From a virus (lineage: Duplodnaviria > Caudoviricetes): DNA of 53,592 nucleotides. The stretch lies in IMG/VR virus record IMGVR_UViG_3300043420_001594, positions 1 to 53,592 of that record, one strand, 5' to 3'. Shown one piece after another: positions 29,001 to 37,921 of this stretch; position 1 is the first letter of the stretch; every line of letters starts with the position of its first letter. A model generated the notes under the pieces. The model did no database searches and was not told the origin of the DNA. It was given only the letters and a program-made list of their open reading frames with translations. Position numbers and translations under genes: made by a program.

Positions 29001-32000
29001 GCGACAAGCAGCAGGATGAGGTGTGGACGGCCCTACAGGCTGGTGAGCCCCTGCCCACCCCGAAACCATCGTTTGCGTACCAGAAGTTCCTAGCCTACCT
29101 GAATGCGGTGGGCGTGAACGTCGACAAAGAGGGCAACGAGCTAATCGTCAAGCCCTTCACAGATGCCCTGATCCTCGCCCAGTCCAACGGAGAACTCACC
29201 GATGCCTCCAAGGTGGTGCGTGGTAAGGACCTGAAGCCCGAGAAGGGTGGTCTGTTCGACGAGCAGGTAACGGGCGGTCCCGGTGGAAAGAACTGGTCCC
29301 ACATCGTGCTGGCGGACCGGATCCCCAATCCTCTATTCGAGAAGGCGATCGTGTCACTGCTTGGCCTGCGGGAAGCGGATTATGACGCGGTAATATCTGG
29401 AGAGAAGGGGTACACCAAGGACGGGAAGCTGGTTCCGGCCGAAGAGGCCGACAAGACCGGTCCCTCCGCCATCGTGGAGCGGCTCAAGAAGGTGAAGGTC
29501 GACGAAGAGTTGGCCTCGGCGCTGGAGGCCGTGAAGACGGCGCGACGCACAGACCTCGACCGCGCCAACAAGAAGGTCAAGTACCTGCGGGCCCTCAAGA
29601 ACACAGAGCTGTCGGCTGACTTGGCCTACACGCTCGGAAACCTGCCGGTCCTCCCCCCGGTGTTTCGCCCCGTCAGCACGATGGAGGGCGGTGACCTCAA
29701 CATCGACGGCCTCAACATGCTGTACCGGGACGTCGCCCTGCTGAACGGTAAGCTCAAGGAAGCGGAAGGTGTGTTGCCCGACGAGGCGGTCGCCTCTCTG
29801 CGCAAGGACCTGTACGACGCAGTGGACGCGCTGATGGGCACGCGCCCCGACAGCGAAGGGGGCAAGACCGAGGACGGGCAACCTAAACCGCCCGGTATCC
29901 TAACGATCCTGTCGGGACGCTCCAGCCCCAAGACCAGCTACTTTCACGACAAGCTGATGGACCGGCCGCAAGACCTGTCCATGCGCTCTGTCATCGTTCC
30001 GGACATGACGCTGGGTCTCGACGAGGTAGGCATCCCACGCAAGGGCGCGATGAAGGTGTACCGCCCCTTCGTGGTTCGTGAGCTGGTACGGATGGGATAC
30101 ACGCCGCTCCAGGCTCGGGAGGAGATGGAGAAGAAGACCGCGCTGGCCAACAGGGCGTTGGATGTGGTGGTGTCGCAACGACCCGTTCTGTTCAAGCGGG
30201 ACCCCGTCCTCCACAAGTTCGGGATCATGGCGTTTCGCCCACGTCTGCATGATGAGCTGGCCATCCACATCCACCCGCTGGTGACCGGTGGCTTTAACGC
30301 CGACTTTGACGGCGACGCCATGGCGATCTTCGTGCCGGTATCCAATGAGGCGGTGCAGGAAGCCTACAAGATGCTTCCGTCCAACAACCTCTACAACGCC
30401 GCGACCGGCAAGGTGATGTACCAGCCCTCCATGGAGAGCCAGCTCGGTCTCTACCTGATAACGCAGTTCGGTAAGGAGACGGGCAAGAAGTATGGGTCGG
30501 ACAAGCAGCTGATGGACGATGTGAGGGCCGGCAAGACCCTCATGACGGACGTGGTGACGGTCGGTGGCAAGAAGACGACGGCCGGCCGGCTCTCTTTCTA
30601 CAACACGCTGCCCGAGTCTGTCCGCGACGACTCCTACCTCACGGATCCCACGCAGGTGATGGGCGACAAAAACCTTCAGAAGGTAATGCGCAAGATCGCG
30701 ACCAAGCAGCCGGGAGAGTTCGCCAACGTGATCGACAAGATCAAGGACCTGGGCTTCAATCACTCCTACGACATCGGCTTCTCTTTCGACCTCAACGATT
30801 TCGACACCCTGCGCAACATCCGTCAGGACGCCCTCAAGAAGGCGGAGGCGGAGGTACTGAAGATCAGGGCATCCAAGATGACGCCTGCTCAGCAGGAGGC
30901 CAAGATCGTGGATGCGTACACCCAGGCCACCAAGGACATGAGCGTGGAGGCCAAGAAGGTGCTGGGTAGTAAAGGCAACAAGCTGTTCGCGATGAACCAG
31001 GCGGGCGTCAAGCCGAGTTGGGCGCAGCTCCAGCAGATGGTGCTGGCGCCCATGCTGCTCCAGAACGCCAAGGGCCGGACCATCCCGGTCCCCGTCACCA
31101 AGTCGTACGCCGAAGGGCTCGATACCTCCGGCTACTGGGTCGCCAGCTCCGGCGCCCGCAAGGGGTTGGTCGAGAAGGTGCTGCAGGTCCAGGAACCGGG
31201 CGCACTGTCCAAGCAGATCGTCAACACGGTGGTGCCGTACGTCGTCACCAATCCTGACTGCGGCACCAAGAGCGGTATCGCGTTGGGCGTGGACGACTCG
31301 GACCTGGTGGACCGGTACGTCGCCAAGGACACGGCTCTGGAGAAAGGCGGGGTCATTCCGGCCGGAACCCTCATCACCCCGTCGGTGGTGGCGAACCTGA
31401 AGGCCAACAAGATCACCAGAGTCGTGGCCCGCTCGCCCATGAAGTGCGAGTCACCGAAGGGGTTGTGTTCAAAATGCTACGGTCTGTCGGACGGTGGCCA
31501 GCCGTTGGCGGTCGGCACCAACATCGGCGTGCTGGCTGGCCAGGCCATCGGTGAGCGCGGCACTCAGCTGTCGATGAAGTCATTCCACACCGGTGGTTTG
31601 GCTGGGTCGGGGAGCAGCGTGGTGGGTGGTTTGGAACGGATCTCCGAGCTCTTGAAAATGCCGAAGATCCTGCCCAACGCCGCCACCATCTCGCACGCCA
31701 ACGGAGACGTCACCAAGATCGAGAAGAGTCCGGTAGGTGGTTGGGACGTATCAGTCGGTAATGAGACTCACTACGTTCCTGCCAGTCGCTCACTCCTGGT
31801 TCGGAAGGGCGAGAAGGTCAAGAAGGGTCAGCAACTCTCCAGCGGATCGATCGATCCGCGCGAACTGCTCGAACAAACCAACATGGAGACGGTGCAGCGC
31901 TACATCTCCGACGAGATCCACAAGGTCTACGCGGCCGAAGGTATCAAGCGTCGTAACGTCGAGGTGGTGACCAAGGCGCTGACCAATTTGGGGCGCGTAG

Positions 32001-32311
32001 AAGACCCGGGCGATAACGACCAGTTTATCCGCGGCGACTTCATCTCGCTGAACCACGCCCAGTCGCTGAACCGGGAGAAGCAGCACGCCAACCCGATTCA
32101 AGTCTCGCCGGTCCTGCGAGGAACCGAGACCTTGGCGCTCGACCAGTCTGATGACTGGATGGCCCGCATGCAGTATCGTAAGCTCAAGGAGACGCTGACC
32201 CGCGCCGCCAACGAGAATTGGAAATCCAACATTCACGGCGTCCACCCCACCCCGGCCATCGCGTACGGGGCGGAATTCGGCCGCAACACGACGGGCGAGG
32301 GTCCGTACTGA
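26045..32311 (+). CDS. Single-chain multisubunit-type DNA-directed RNA polymerase (beta-beta' fusion)
   Basis: Beta motifs: TPEGEKSG, DQANRAGM, FEDGIVIS, GDKLSGRHGNKGVI, AQRFGELG. Beta' motifs: KPEKGGLFD, LPVLPPVFRP, NADFDGD (30296-30316), GARKGL, RSPMKC..LCSKCYG, GQAIGERGTQLSMKSFHTGG. One uninterrupted frame. Confidence 0.95.
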   Translation: MSVLDPERVMRTLEDRVADRIKSFFPLKGKKQTLVVRDVYAGKDVDVDDIHEQKKARLRGKTWSTGVYGNIDLVDNATGKVVDSADSIKLLSLPKITRRYSYIIEGSEYQADNQWRLKSGVYAREKANGELETQFNLAKGRGFRMGFDPQKRRFQLSYGTANIPLLPVLQAMGVPDEQIRKSWGDQVYAAAVAQKSKGQLVKLARALEPYKSVDTDADAIPIIRDSYGATVLNPDTTAITLGKPHDKVTGDALLSSANKLLGISRGEQEVDNRDSLRFKELWSIEDHLPERIQNSAKRIRLKMMNNLDRKSQVRQIVTNDVFNVPVKAFFTSTSLSQQTSQVNPIDMIGGFLRTTIMGPGGISNENAVGMDAKMIDPSFLGFVDPVHTPEGEKSGVTGHLSLGVSKRGVEPTIRVWDTAAKQYTDKTPTELALKNVAFADQYLFAKGKEPQIRGKVATVIPPGGSDPVVVDPKEVGYILQSPKTVFSMTANLVPFLASDQANRAGMATRHMEQAISLKNREEPLVQTVSGNPNERYGTWEKIMGSLNSHAAPVSGKVESITSDSITLVDADKKKHVVQLYDNFPLNDAKAFISSTPTIKVGDTVEKGQLVADTNFTKGGALSMGMNLRIGFLPYKGLVFEDGIVISETGSRKLTSEHLHKSRAYLDKEMYLGLKKFRANYPGVVTDENAKKLDEDGVIKKGEIVNPGDTIMTILQKSDPSSEQLMLRGIHKALVRPWKNKSVTWDKPYSGVVTDVVRNGKEVQAFIKTEEPADIGDKLSGRHGNKGVITAVIPDEEMPKDKDGNPLEIIVNPSGVPGRINLGQVLETSLAKVADKRGEPYAVDNFQPVDGKKIIQVKGHWRTIKKETGEVTRTWVDPHEREVGYHELVKQELQANKVSETEELFDGVTGKSLGQVLVGKQYIIKLMHQIDKKLSARSHGYGNEYDQNLQPKGGGKAGAQRFGELGYYAMLAHGSVHNLREAATYKGDKQQDEVWTALQAGEPLPTPKPSFAYQKFLAYLNAVGVNVDKEGNELIVKPFTDALILAQSNGELTDASKVVRGKDLKPEKGGLFDEQVTGGPGGKNWSHIVLADRIPNPLFEKAIVSLLGLREADYDAVISGEKGYTKDGKLVPAEEADKTGPSAIVERLKKVKVDEELASALEAVKTARRTDLDRANKKVKYLRALKNTELSADLAYTLGNLPVLPPVFRPVSTMEGGDLNIDGLNMLYRDVALLNGKLKEAEGVLPDEAVASLRKDLYDAVDALMGTRPDSEGGKTEDGQPKPPGILTILSGRSSPKTSYFHDKLMDRPQDLSMRSVIVPDMTLGLDEVGIPRKGAMKVYRPFVVRELVRMGYTPLQAREEMEKKTALANRALDVVVSQRPVLFKRDPVLHKFGIMAFRPRLHDELAIHIHPLVTGGFNADFDGDAMAIFVPVSNEAVQEAYKMLPSNNLYNAATGKVMYQPSMESQLGLYLITQFGKETGKKYGSDKQLMDDVRAGKTLMTDVVTVGGKKTTAGRLSFYNTLPESVRDDSYLTDPTQVMGDKNLQKVMRKIATKQPGEFANVIDKIKDLGFNHSYDIGFSFDLNDFDTLRNIRQDALKKAEAEVLKIRASKMTPAQQEAKIVDAYTQATKDMSVEAKKVLGSKGNKLFAMNQAGVKPSWAQLQQMVLAPMLLQNAKGRTIPVPVTKSYAEGLDTSGYWVASSGARKGLVEKVLQVQEPGALSKQIVNTVVPYVVTNPDCGTKSGIALGVDDSDLVDRYVAKDTALEKGGVIPAGTLITPSVVANLKANKITRVVARSPMKCESPKGLCSKCYGLSDGGQPLAVGTNIGVLAGQAIGERGTQLSMKSFHTGGLAGSGSSVVGGLERISELLKMPKILPNAATISHANGDVTKIEKSPVGGWDVSVGNETHYVPASRSLLVRKGEKVKKGQQLSSGSIDPRELLEQTNMETVQRYISDEIHKVYAAEGIKRRNVEVVTKALTNLGRVEDPGDNDQFIRGDFISLNHAQSLNREKQHANPIQVSPVLRGTETLALDQSDDWMARMQYRKLKETLTRAANENWKSNIHGVHPTPAIAYGAEFGRNTTGEGPY

Positions 32312-32321
32312 TCGGGAGTTC

Positions 32322-33440
32322 ATGCGGATCGAGCTTGCTACAGTTCAGGCCGTGAACGTGCGGGACTACACGGTCGACGTGTTGACCGAGCAGAATAGCC
32401 ATCCGTTGATCGGAGTCCCCCTCCTGACCCCGCTCAACCATCCGGACCACATGGGAGGGATCAACTTCCTCCCAGAAGTCGGGTCCAGCTGCTACATCTG
32501 TTTCCCGGACGACGGAACCTACTTTGTTCTGGGGTTCTTCATCAAGGCCGGTGTGGTGGATCCGCTGGTCAGCCCTGGCCCCAATTTCACGGCAAAACGC
32601 GAACCTCTGGAGCCGGGCGACATCTGCATGGCCACGGTGGACGGGAATCAGGTTGTGCTGCGGAGAGGTGGGCTGGTTCAGATCGGCTCCAACGGGCTCT
32701 GTCAACGGCTCTACATCCCGGGCCGCAACATCATCCGCGACTACTTCCAGCGATACCACGCCATCAGTCCGATCGGAGAGATCGACTGGGGTCACGCGCA
32801 ACTCGTCAAAGAAGAGAACCTGGCGGACGGCAACACGTCCGTGGCGGTCCGCTACAATATCCGCCGGATCCTCCAGGAGGACGTGTCGACCAAACCCTAC
32901 ACGCTGGAGATTCGTTTCGGGGTGCTGACAGAGAAGAATCTGGACAGTGATACGGACGAGAAGAACCACCTGTTCGCTAACCCCGGATTCAAGGCGCAGG
33001 AAGGTACCGGAGTATCGAATAGTGCGGAAGGAACTCTCAGCTTCACGATCTTCGACCACAACGACAACGCCAACAAAGTGGTGTACGCGTTCCAGTTGAG
33101 TCGGCAAGGCGACATGTTTCTGATGTCGGACGGACACGTCCACATGGAGGTAGCGCAGACGCTGTACGTGTACGCAGGGGATCACATCACGATCGAAACT
33201 GCGAATAACAAGAATATCGTCCTTAAGGTAGGGGGAGGTGGAAAACTCTACCTGGGTAGTGGGTCTGCCTCCGAAGACGCGATATTAGGGAACCAACTAC
33301 GCACCCAGTTAAACGCGCTTATCGATACGTTCAATAGCCACACCCACGGAACTGGCGTTGGGCCCAGCGGTGTTCCCGCCCCGCAGGCTTCCAGCATCAC
33401 TACCGCCGTCCTATCCACGCACGTCAAGGTAGCGGGGTAG
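32322..33440 (+). CDS. Baseplate central spike (gpV/gp5-like)
   Basis: OB-fold-like N-terminus (FLPEVGS...FVLGF), beta-strand repeats and C-terminal FNSHTH (HxH metal-binding tip). Confidence 0.7.
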   Translation: MRIELATVQAVNVRDYTVDVLTEQNSHPLIGVPLLTPLNHPDHMGGINFLPEVGSSCYICFPDDGTYFVLGFFIKAGVVDPLVSPGPNFTAKREPLEPGDICMATVDGNQVVLRRGGLVQIGSNGLCQRLYIPGRNIIRDYFQRYHAISPIGEIDWGHAQLVKEENLADGNTSVAVRYNIRRILQEDVSTKPYTLEIRFGVLTEKNLDSDTDEKNHLFANPGFKAQEGTGVSNSAEGTLSFTIFDHNDNANKVVYAFQLSRQGDMFLMSDGHVHMEVAQTLYVYAGDHITIETANNKNIVLKVGGGGKLYLGSGSASEDAILGNQLRTQLNALIDTFNSHTHGTGVGPSGVPAPQASSITTAVLSTHVKVAG

Positions 33441-33444
33441 CTGA

Positions 33445-33906
33445 ATGCCGTTGTCACAGCCTAAACTCAAAGACTCCCTACGGATCATCCTAGATAAGGA
33501 CTACCTGGGATTTTCTGGATTCCCGACCACTTCTGCGGAAGTTGGATTGGCGTGGGGAGAAGCGTTGAACAAATACTTTGAGGACATCGCGGTCCCCGCC
33601 GGTATAACGGGCGAGCGTCTAGCCGCCGCTAAATCGGCTTTCGCCGTCATATTCGTTCCCACGTTCGCTGCACCGACCGCGCTCGCACTATTCTCGACCG
33701 CCATGACCGCCTACGCGGCCACACTAGTTGCCGTCCCGGCACCAATTCCTGGGGCTCTGCCCCCTCCTGCCCCGCTGACGTTGAACCCCCTACCCAATAC
33801 AACTAGCGCAGAGGTGGCGGCCAACACAATCGCAACCGCGGTAGACGTCTGGGCTAGGACAGGAACACTTACCTTACCCCCGGCAGCCCCGGTACCTTGG
33901 TCATGA
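33445..33906 (+). CDS. Hypothetical protein downstream of the spike
   Basis: Ala/Pro-rich; directly follows the spike gene. Confidence 0.6.
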   Translation: MPLSQPKLKDSLRIILDKDYLGFSGFPTTSAEVGLAWGEALNKYFEDIAVPAGITGERLAAAKSAFAVIFVPTFAAPTALALFSTAMTAYAATLVAVPAPIPGALPPPAPLTLNPLPNTTSAEVAANTIATAVDVWARTGTLTLPPAAPVPWS

Positions 33907-33987
33907 GGTCCTGCTTCTCCGTACCAGGCCTAGCTGTTAGCATGTGCTAAGTTGACCGCGTGCTCGCGAACATTACGAGGTAATACG

Positions 33988-35955
33988 ATGCAGCTCACCC
34001 GCAAGATTGAAGGCCCCAAATTTGAGAAGGTGGCGGCCAAGTTCCTATTGAGCGAAAACCCAACGACTTACGCGAGTGAGCTGCTGGCCCACCTGTACAA
34101 GCAGCACCCCTACTTGGGCCAACACCAGGTCAACCTCTCGATTGAGGGCCAGGACGACAGTCTCGGCTACATGTACGGCATCTTCACCGTCAAGGCGGCG
34201 GATGAGGCGGCCGCCGCTGCACCCGTGATGGGTATGACCTCCGGCATGGCGCCACAGTCAGCCAAGCCCACCCTGAGGATCCCGGTGGTGGTGGACAACA
34301 AGAAGGTTCATTCCTTCGACGTCTTCATCACGCCGGAGGGCGCGTTCATGCCGCTCAGCGAGACCCGCGTGGCGGCCGCGTTGTTCGAAGCCAGCCCGTA
34401 CGGAAAGGCCCCGTTCTCCGAGCAAAAGTTGGTCGCCGATGACCAGAAGCAGGACTACCGTACTGACGCGGGTCCTGGTACTGAGATGGGCCGCGCCTTC
34501 TACATGAGCAAGATGTCGTCGGTTCTTCCGAGCGTGCTGAAAAAGCTGGCCTCCCACATCGACCGAGACGCTGCTCAGGCCTACCTGGACAAGTTGTCTC
34601 AGGACCACGCCCTCGTGTCGGCCATCAAGCTGAACCCGCAGTTTGCGGACGCGATCCTCGAACTAGACCAAGCCTCCATGCAGAAGACCGCTTCAGCGGA
34701 AGACCTGGATGTCGATGTGGACGTCGCCGTCTACAGCAAGGCCCCGGGCGGTTACGACGTCCTGTGTGGATCGTTTGATGGCAGCACCCACCACGTCAAG
34801 CTCAGCAACGCACAGGCTGAGCAGCTACCGGTGGACTTTCGTCAGGCTGTCGTTGAGCACGGCGTCGCCATGGTGGTGAGCCGGCAGCACGCCCCGCTGG
34901 AACCGGTCGAGAAGACCGCCTCTTTGCGTGACGTCGAGGAGACCGGCATCTACTCGGTCATGAACAAGGCTGGGTCGGCTCAGCGTGCCGTTGTGATCCG
35001 CGAGGTCATGCGTCTCAACGGAGATGACGCCACCAGCCTGTTGGTCATCGGACCTGCCGGGACTTCCTTGCAGGAGAAGGTGGCGGGCGTGCGGTGCGGT
35101 GACCTGGACGTATCGGCAATCAAGGGATCGGAACCGTACGGTGAGGGCGTGTTCGTGACCCCCAAGGGAGTGATTGAACCCGTCAAAATCGCCAGCACCA
35201 TTACGCAACGTGGTGAGGTGACGTACCTGTACGAGCATCCTTTTTACGGAAAGGGTCAGCTGAAGCTGGCAAACGTCAAGCGTCCCGTCCACATCAGCGG
35301 ATCGGACTTCCTGTTCCCCAAGGACGCCAAGTTCGTTCCCACTAACCCGGGTCTGGGTTACGCGCACGACACCACCACGGTCGACAAGGTGGCGAGCCGT
35401 CGCGACCTCATCAACAAGGTTCAGCTCCTATCGGACGGCTCAGAATTCACGTTCCGGGGCAGCCCGCTGGGCGACCACAAGATCGAGAACGTCAAAGAGG
35501 CGCAGGCGCTCCTGACTCTGGGCTTGCTCGGGGACTCCCCGGTGTCGGCGCTCGACAAGATCGCCAAGGCCAAGAAGAGCGGGGAAGTGACGTTTGTGGC
35601 GAGCCGCCAGTACGGCAAGGCCGACAAAGTCAAGAAGGCGGCGGCGCAACCAATTGACGTGAGCAACATTCGCGTAGATCTTACCAAGGAAGCGGCAGCC
35701 TTGTCGGGTTCCGACACGGTGGATTCGGTCCTGTCGCTCAACTTCATTAACCCGGAGAACATCCAGGGTTACATCGACTGCCTGCCCGATTACGAGACTG
35801 CGGTGCGCAAGCTAGCTGAGTTGCTGATCGGTGTCCGGCTTGGTCTGTCGGACGTTCCGGAGTCAGCCGTGTCGTCGGCCCTTCAGGGCATGGAACGCGC
35901 GATCATCGGCCTGAAGAAACTGCAGATCAGGGTGGGGCTGGAGAGCCGTGCGTGA
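33988..35955 (+). CDS. Large virion-module protein with about 10 K-x-A/S motifs
   Basis: GAGGT RBS; FEKVAA, KKLAS, QKTAS, EKTAS, VKIAS, DKVAS, VKKAA, TKEAA. Confidence 0.7.
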   Translation: MQLTRKIEGPKFEKVAAKFLLSENPTTYASELLAHLYKQHPYLGQHQVNLSIEGQDDSLGYMYGIFTVKAADEAAAAAPVMGMTSGMAPQSAKPTLRIPVVVDNKKVHSFDVFITPEGAFMPLSETRVAAALFEASPYGKAPFSEQKLVADDQKQDYRTDAGPGTEMGRAFYMSKMSSVLPSVLKKLASHIDRDAAQAYLDKLSQDHALVSAIKLNPQFADAILELDQASMQKTASAEDLDVDVDVAVYSKAPGGYDVLCGSFDGSTHHVKLSNAQAEQLPVDFRQAVVEHGVAMVVSRQHAPLEPVEKTASLRDVEETGIYSVMNKAGSAQRAVVIREVMRLNGDDATSLLVIGPAGTSLQEKVAGVRCGDLDVSAIKGSEPYGEGVFVTPKGVIEPVKIASTITQRGEVTYLYEHPFYGKGQLKLANVKRPVHISGSDFLFPKDAKFVPTNPGLGYAHDTTTVDKVASRRDLINKVQLLSDGSEFTFRGSPLGDHKIENVKEAQALLTLGLLGDSPVSALDKIAKAKKSGEVTFVASRQYGKADKVKKAAAQPIDVSNIRVDLTKEAAALSGSDTVDSVLSLNFINPENIQGYIDCLPDYETAVRKLAELLIGVRLGLSDVPESAVSSALQGMERAIIGLKKLQIRVGLESRA

Positions 35956-36749
35956 ACCACCAGCCGCATGAATACTGGCTCAAGTACATGCTCCTATTCT
36001 CCGGAGCCACGCTTGACCAGATCGTACAGGCGGCTCGTCTTTATCAGATGGTTCCCCCTACCCTCGAGTATCTGAGGGCTCTGAGGGGCCAGCTCAACGG
36101 GACGAAGCCGTCTCCATTCCGCATGAACAGCGGCGCTACCCGTGCGTGGGTGCGCCGTCAGCGCATCATGTCGATGGCGAACAATGATCCTGCGGCCACG
36201 GAGGCGAGGGAGCTATTATCGGATAATAAGCTACGCCCAATCCTAGAGACCCTCTTGATGACGGACATCGACCTCAACAAGGTGGTGGCGCACGTCCACA
36301 CCATGACGGGGCGTGCGGTGTCCAAAGAAGTGGTAGACCGGTTCAGACACTATTTCTGGAACCGCGACATCATGTCGTTGGCGGACTGGATGGCGTACCT
36401 GGAGGACCATCCAAATGGCCGCGACCTACTGTCCTGCAGAAAGCAGGGCGAAGAGTTTGCGCTGTGGAAACTGGGTCACAGGGTTGAGTTGTCCAAGCAA
36501 GAGATCCTGCAGACCATCATGCACGAGTCCGCCATGCGGTTCGTAGAGCTGAACAGCTACAGCAACGGCATGAAGACCGCGATGGCGGCTAAGTTCTGGG
36601 CGGACAACGTGTTCAAGTCAGTGCAGGCCTTGGACCAGACGGGCGACTCCGTCAAACAGGTGGTCGACAACCTCCGAGAGGTCGCCATTAAGCTGGGTCG
36701 TCGAGAAATATCCAGCGTCGAAAAGGTCAGGAAACTTCCAAAGGAGTAG
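35952..36749 (+). CDS. Hypothetical helical protein
   Basis: GTGA coupling with the upstream gene; intact 265-aa ORF. Confidence 0.7.
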   Translation: MNHQPHEYWLKYMLLFSGATLDQIVQAARLYQMVPPTLEYLRALRGQLNGTKPSPFRMNSGATRAWVRRQRIMSMANNDPAATEARELLSDNKLRPILETLLMTDIDLNKVVAHVHTMTGRAVSKEVVDRFRHYFWNRDIMSLADWMAYLEDHPNGRDLLSCRKQGEEFALWKLGHRVELSKQEILQTIMHESAMRFVELNSYSNGMKTAMAAKFWADNVFKSVQALDQTGDSVKQVVDNLREVAIKLGRREISSVEKVRKLPKE

Positions 36750-36751
36750 CC

Positions 36752-37117
36752 GTGGACGAGGCCTTGATGCAGATGTTCGAGGGCGTGGTGCAGGACTTCC
36801 GTTCAGGCGGAATTGTGGTCCAGCCTCCCGCGCAGTTTGTGGAGTCGGCCAACAAGATCCCGGGCGTGCGGGCTGAGTACCACGTCGGACCCGTGAAGGT
36901 GCAGTTTCATTTCTGGGGAGACCCAGACTTTCCGGTGAACCTGGAGGCTGGGATCAGGTCAGCCCTACGAGCCTTCCCGTCAGATTCTGTGGTGGTTGAG
37001 TACGTCCCAGAGGTCGAGAGCTGGTACACTCACGTGAACGAGCCGCCGCTCGGCACGAGCCCCGAGTTGGCCGAGCAGCTGATCAAGAAGATCTCGGGAG
37101 CCCTCCAGGATGGCTGA
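36752..37117 (+). CDS. Hypothetical protein
   Basis: AAGGAG RBS; in operon. Confidence 0.65.
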   Translation: MDEALMQMFEGVVQDFRSGGIVVQPPAQFVESANKIPGVRAEYHVGPVKVQFHFWGDPDFPVNLEAGIRSALRAFPSDSVVVEYVPEVESWYTHVNEPPLGTSPELAEQLIKKISGALQDG

Positions 37118-37916
37118 GAAGAAGACCCCGTATTGGAAGCAGGTGTTGGTGGCGGCACCAGCGTTCGGGGCCAAGACCCTTGTGTCAGACCTTCCAAAGG
37201 GTACGATCGAACACGTTGTGGAGTCCAGGGTCAGCGGATCCAAGCTCCCGCTCAGCACCCTGATCCGTCAGGGCGGTATTGGGCGTGGAGGTGGGCGCGC
37301 CCTAGGTGGTGCCCTCGGGATCCTGACGGCGCCCCTCTACCTAAAGGGCCTGCAGATGGCGGGCTCTAAGGACCGCAAGGAACGACTCAAAGGCTTGGGT
37401 CTCATCGCCGGAAGTGGTGGCGTAGCCGTCGGACAAAAAGGCCTCGTAGAAGGGTTTCGGGCAGGCAGAGCCGCCGGGATGGCCGTACCCGCTGCCTTGG
37501 CGCAGGGTGGTAAGATTGGTCTGTTCCGCGCGGGATACAAAACACCCCTCTCCCTCCTGATGGCCTCCAGTCTGGTCAAAAAGAAGAAAGATCAGTCTGC
37601 CGCCAGCAAGTACCTCAAGCCCGCACTCATGGGTGGCGCGCTGGGTGGTTTGGGCAGAGGGGCTGAGAGTCTGTTGACTCAGACGGGAGCCCGCACCCTC
37701 AAATCCGCGATTCCGGCTGCCGCTGGCGGCGCTGCGTCTGGTTTGCTGGGAGGTCTGGTGCTGGGCGGTGCGGTGGATCTGGCCACCCGCATGACGTCCA
37801 AGGGCAAGGAGAAGAAATCCTCCCATCCACTGGCCTCGGTCTTGGCGCACGTCCCAGAAGACATCAGGTCCGACGTAGAGCAGTGGGCGACCGACAAGCT
37901 CTCTGAGATGGAGTAG
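37110..37916 (+). CDS. Basic glycine-zipper membrane-like protein (candidate ejection protein)
   Basis: Several GxxxG segments (GGALGGLGRG, AAAGGAASGLLGGLVLGG) separated by Lys-rich linkers. Confidence 0.6.
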   Translation: MAEKKTPYWKQVLVAAPAFGAKTLVSDLPKGTIEHVVESRVSGSKLPLSTLIRQGGIGRGGGRALGGALGILTAPLYLKGLQMAGSKDRKERLKGLGLIAGSGGVAVGQKGLVEGFRAGRAAGMAVPAALAQGGKIGLFRAGYKTPLSLLMASSLVKKKKDQSAASKYLKPALMGGALGGLGRGAESLLTQTGARTLKSAIPAAAGGAASGLLGGLVLGGAVDLATRMTSKGKEKKSSHPLASVLAHVPEDIRSDVEQWATDKLSEME

Positions 37917-37921
37917 AGCGG

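Noticed and set aside
26045-32311. Host rpoBC locus or chromosomal contamination
   Set aside because: It is flanked by portal and spike genes rather than ribosomal protein genes, is much shorter than cellular beta plus beta', and contains the same 13-bp sites as the rest of the window.
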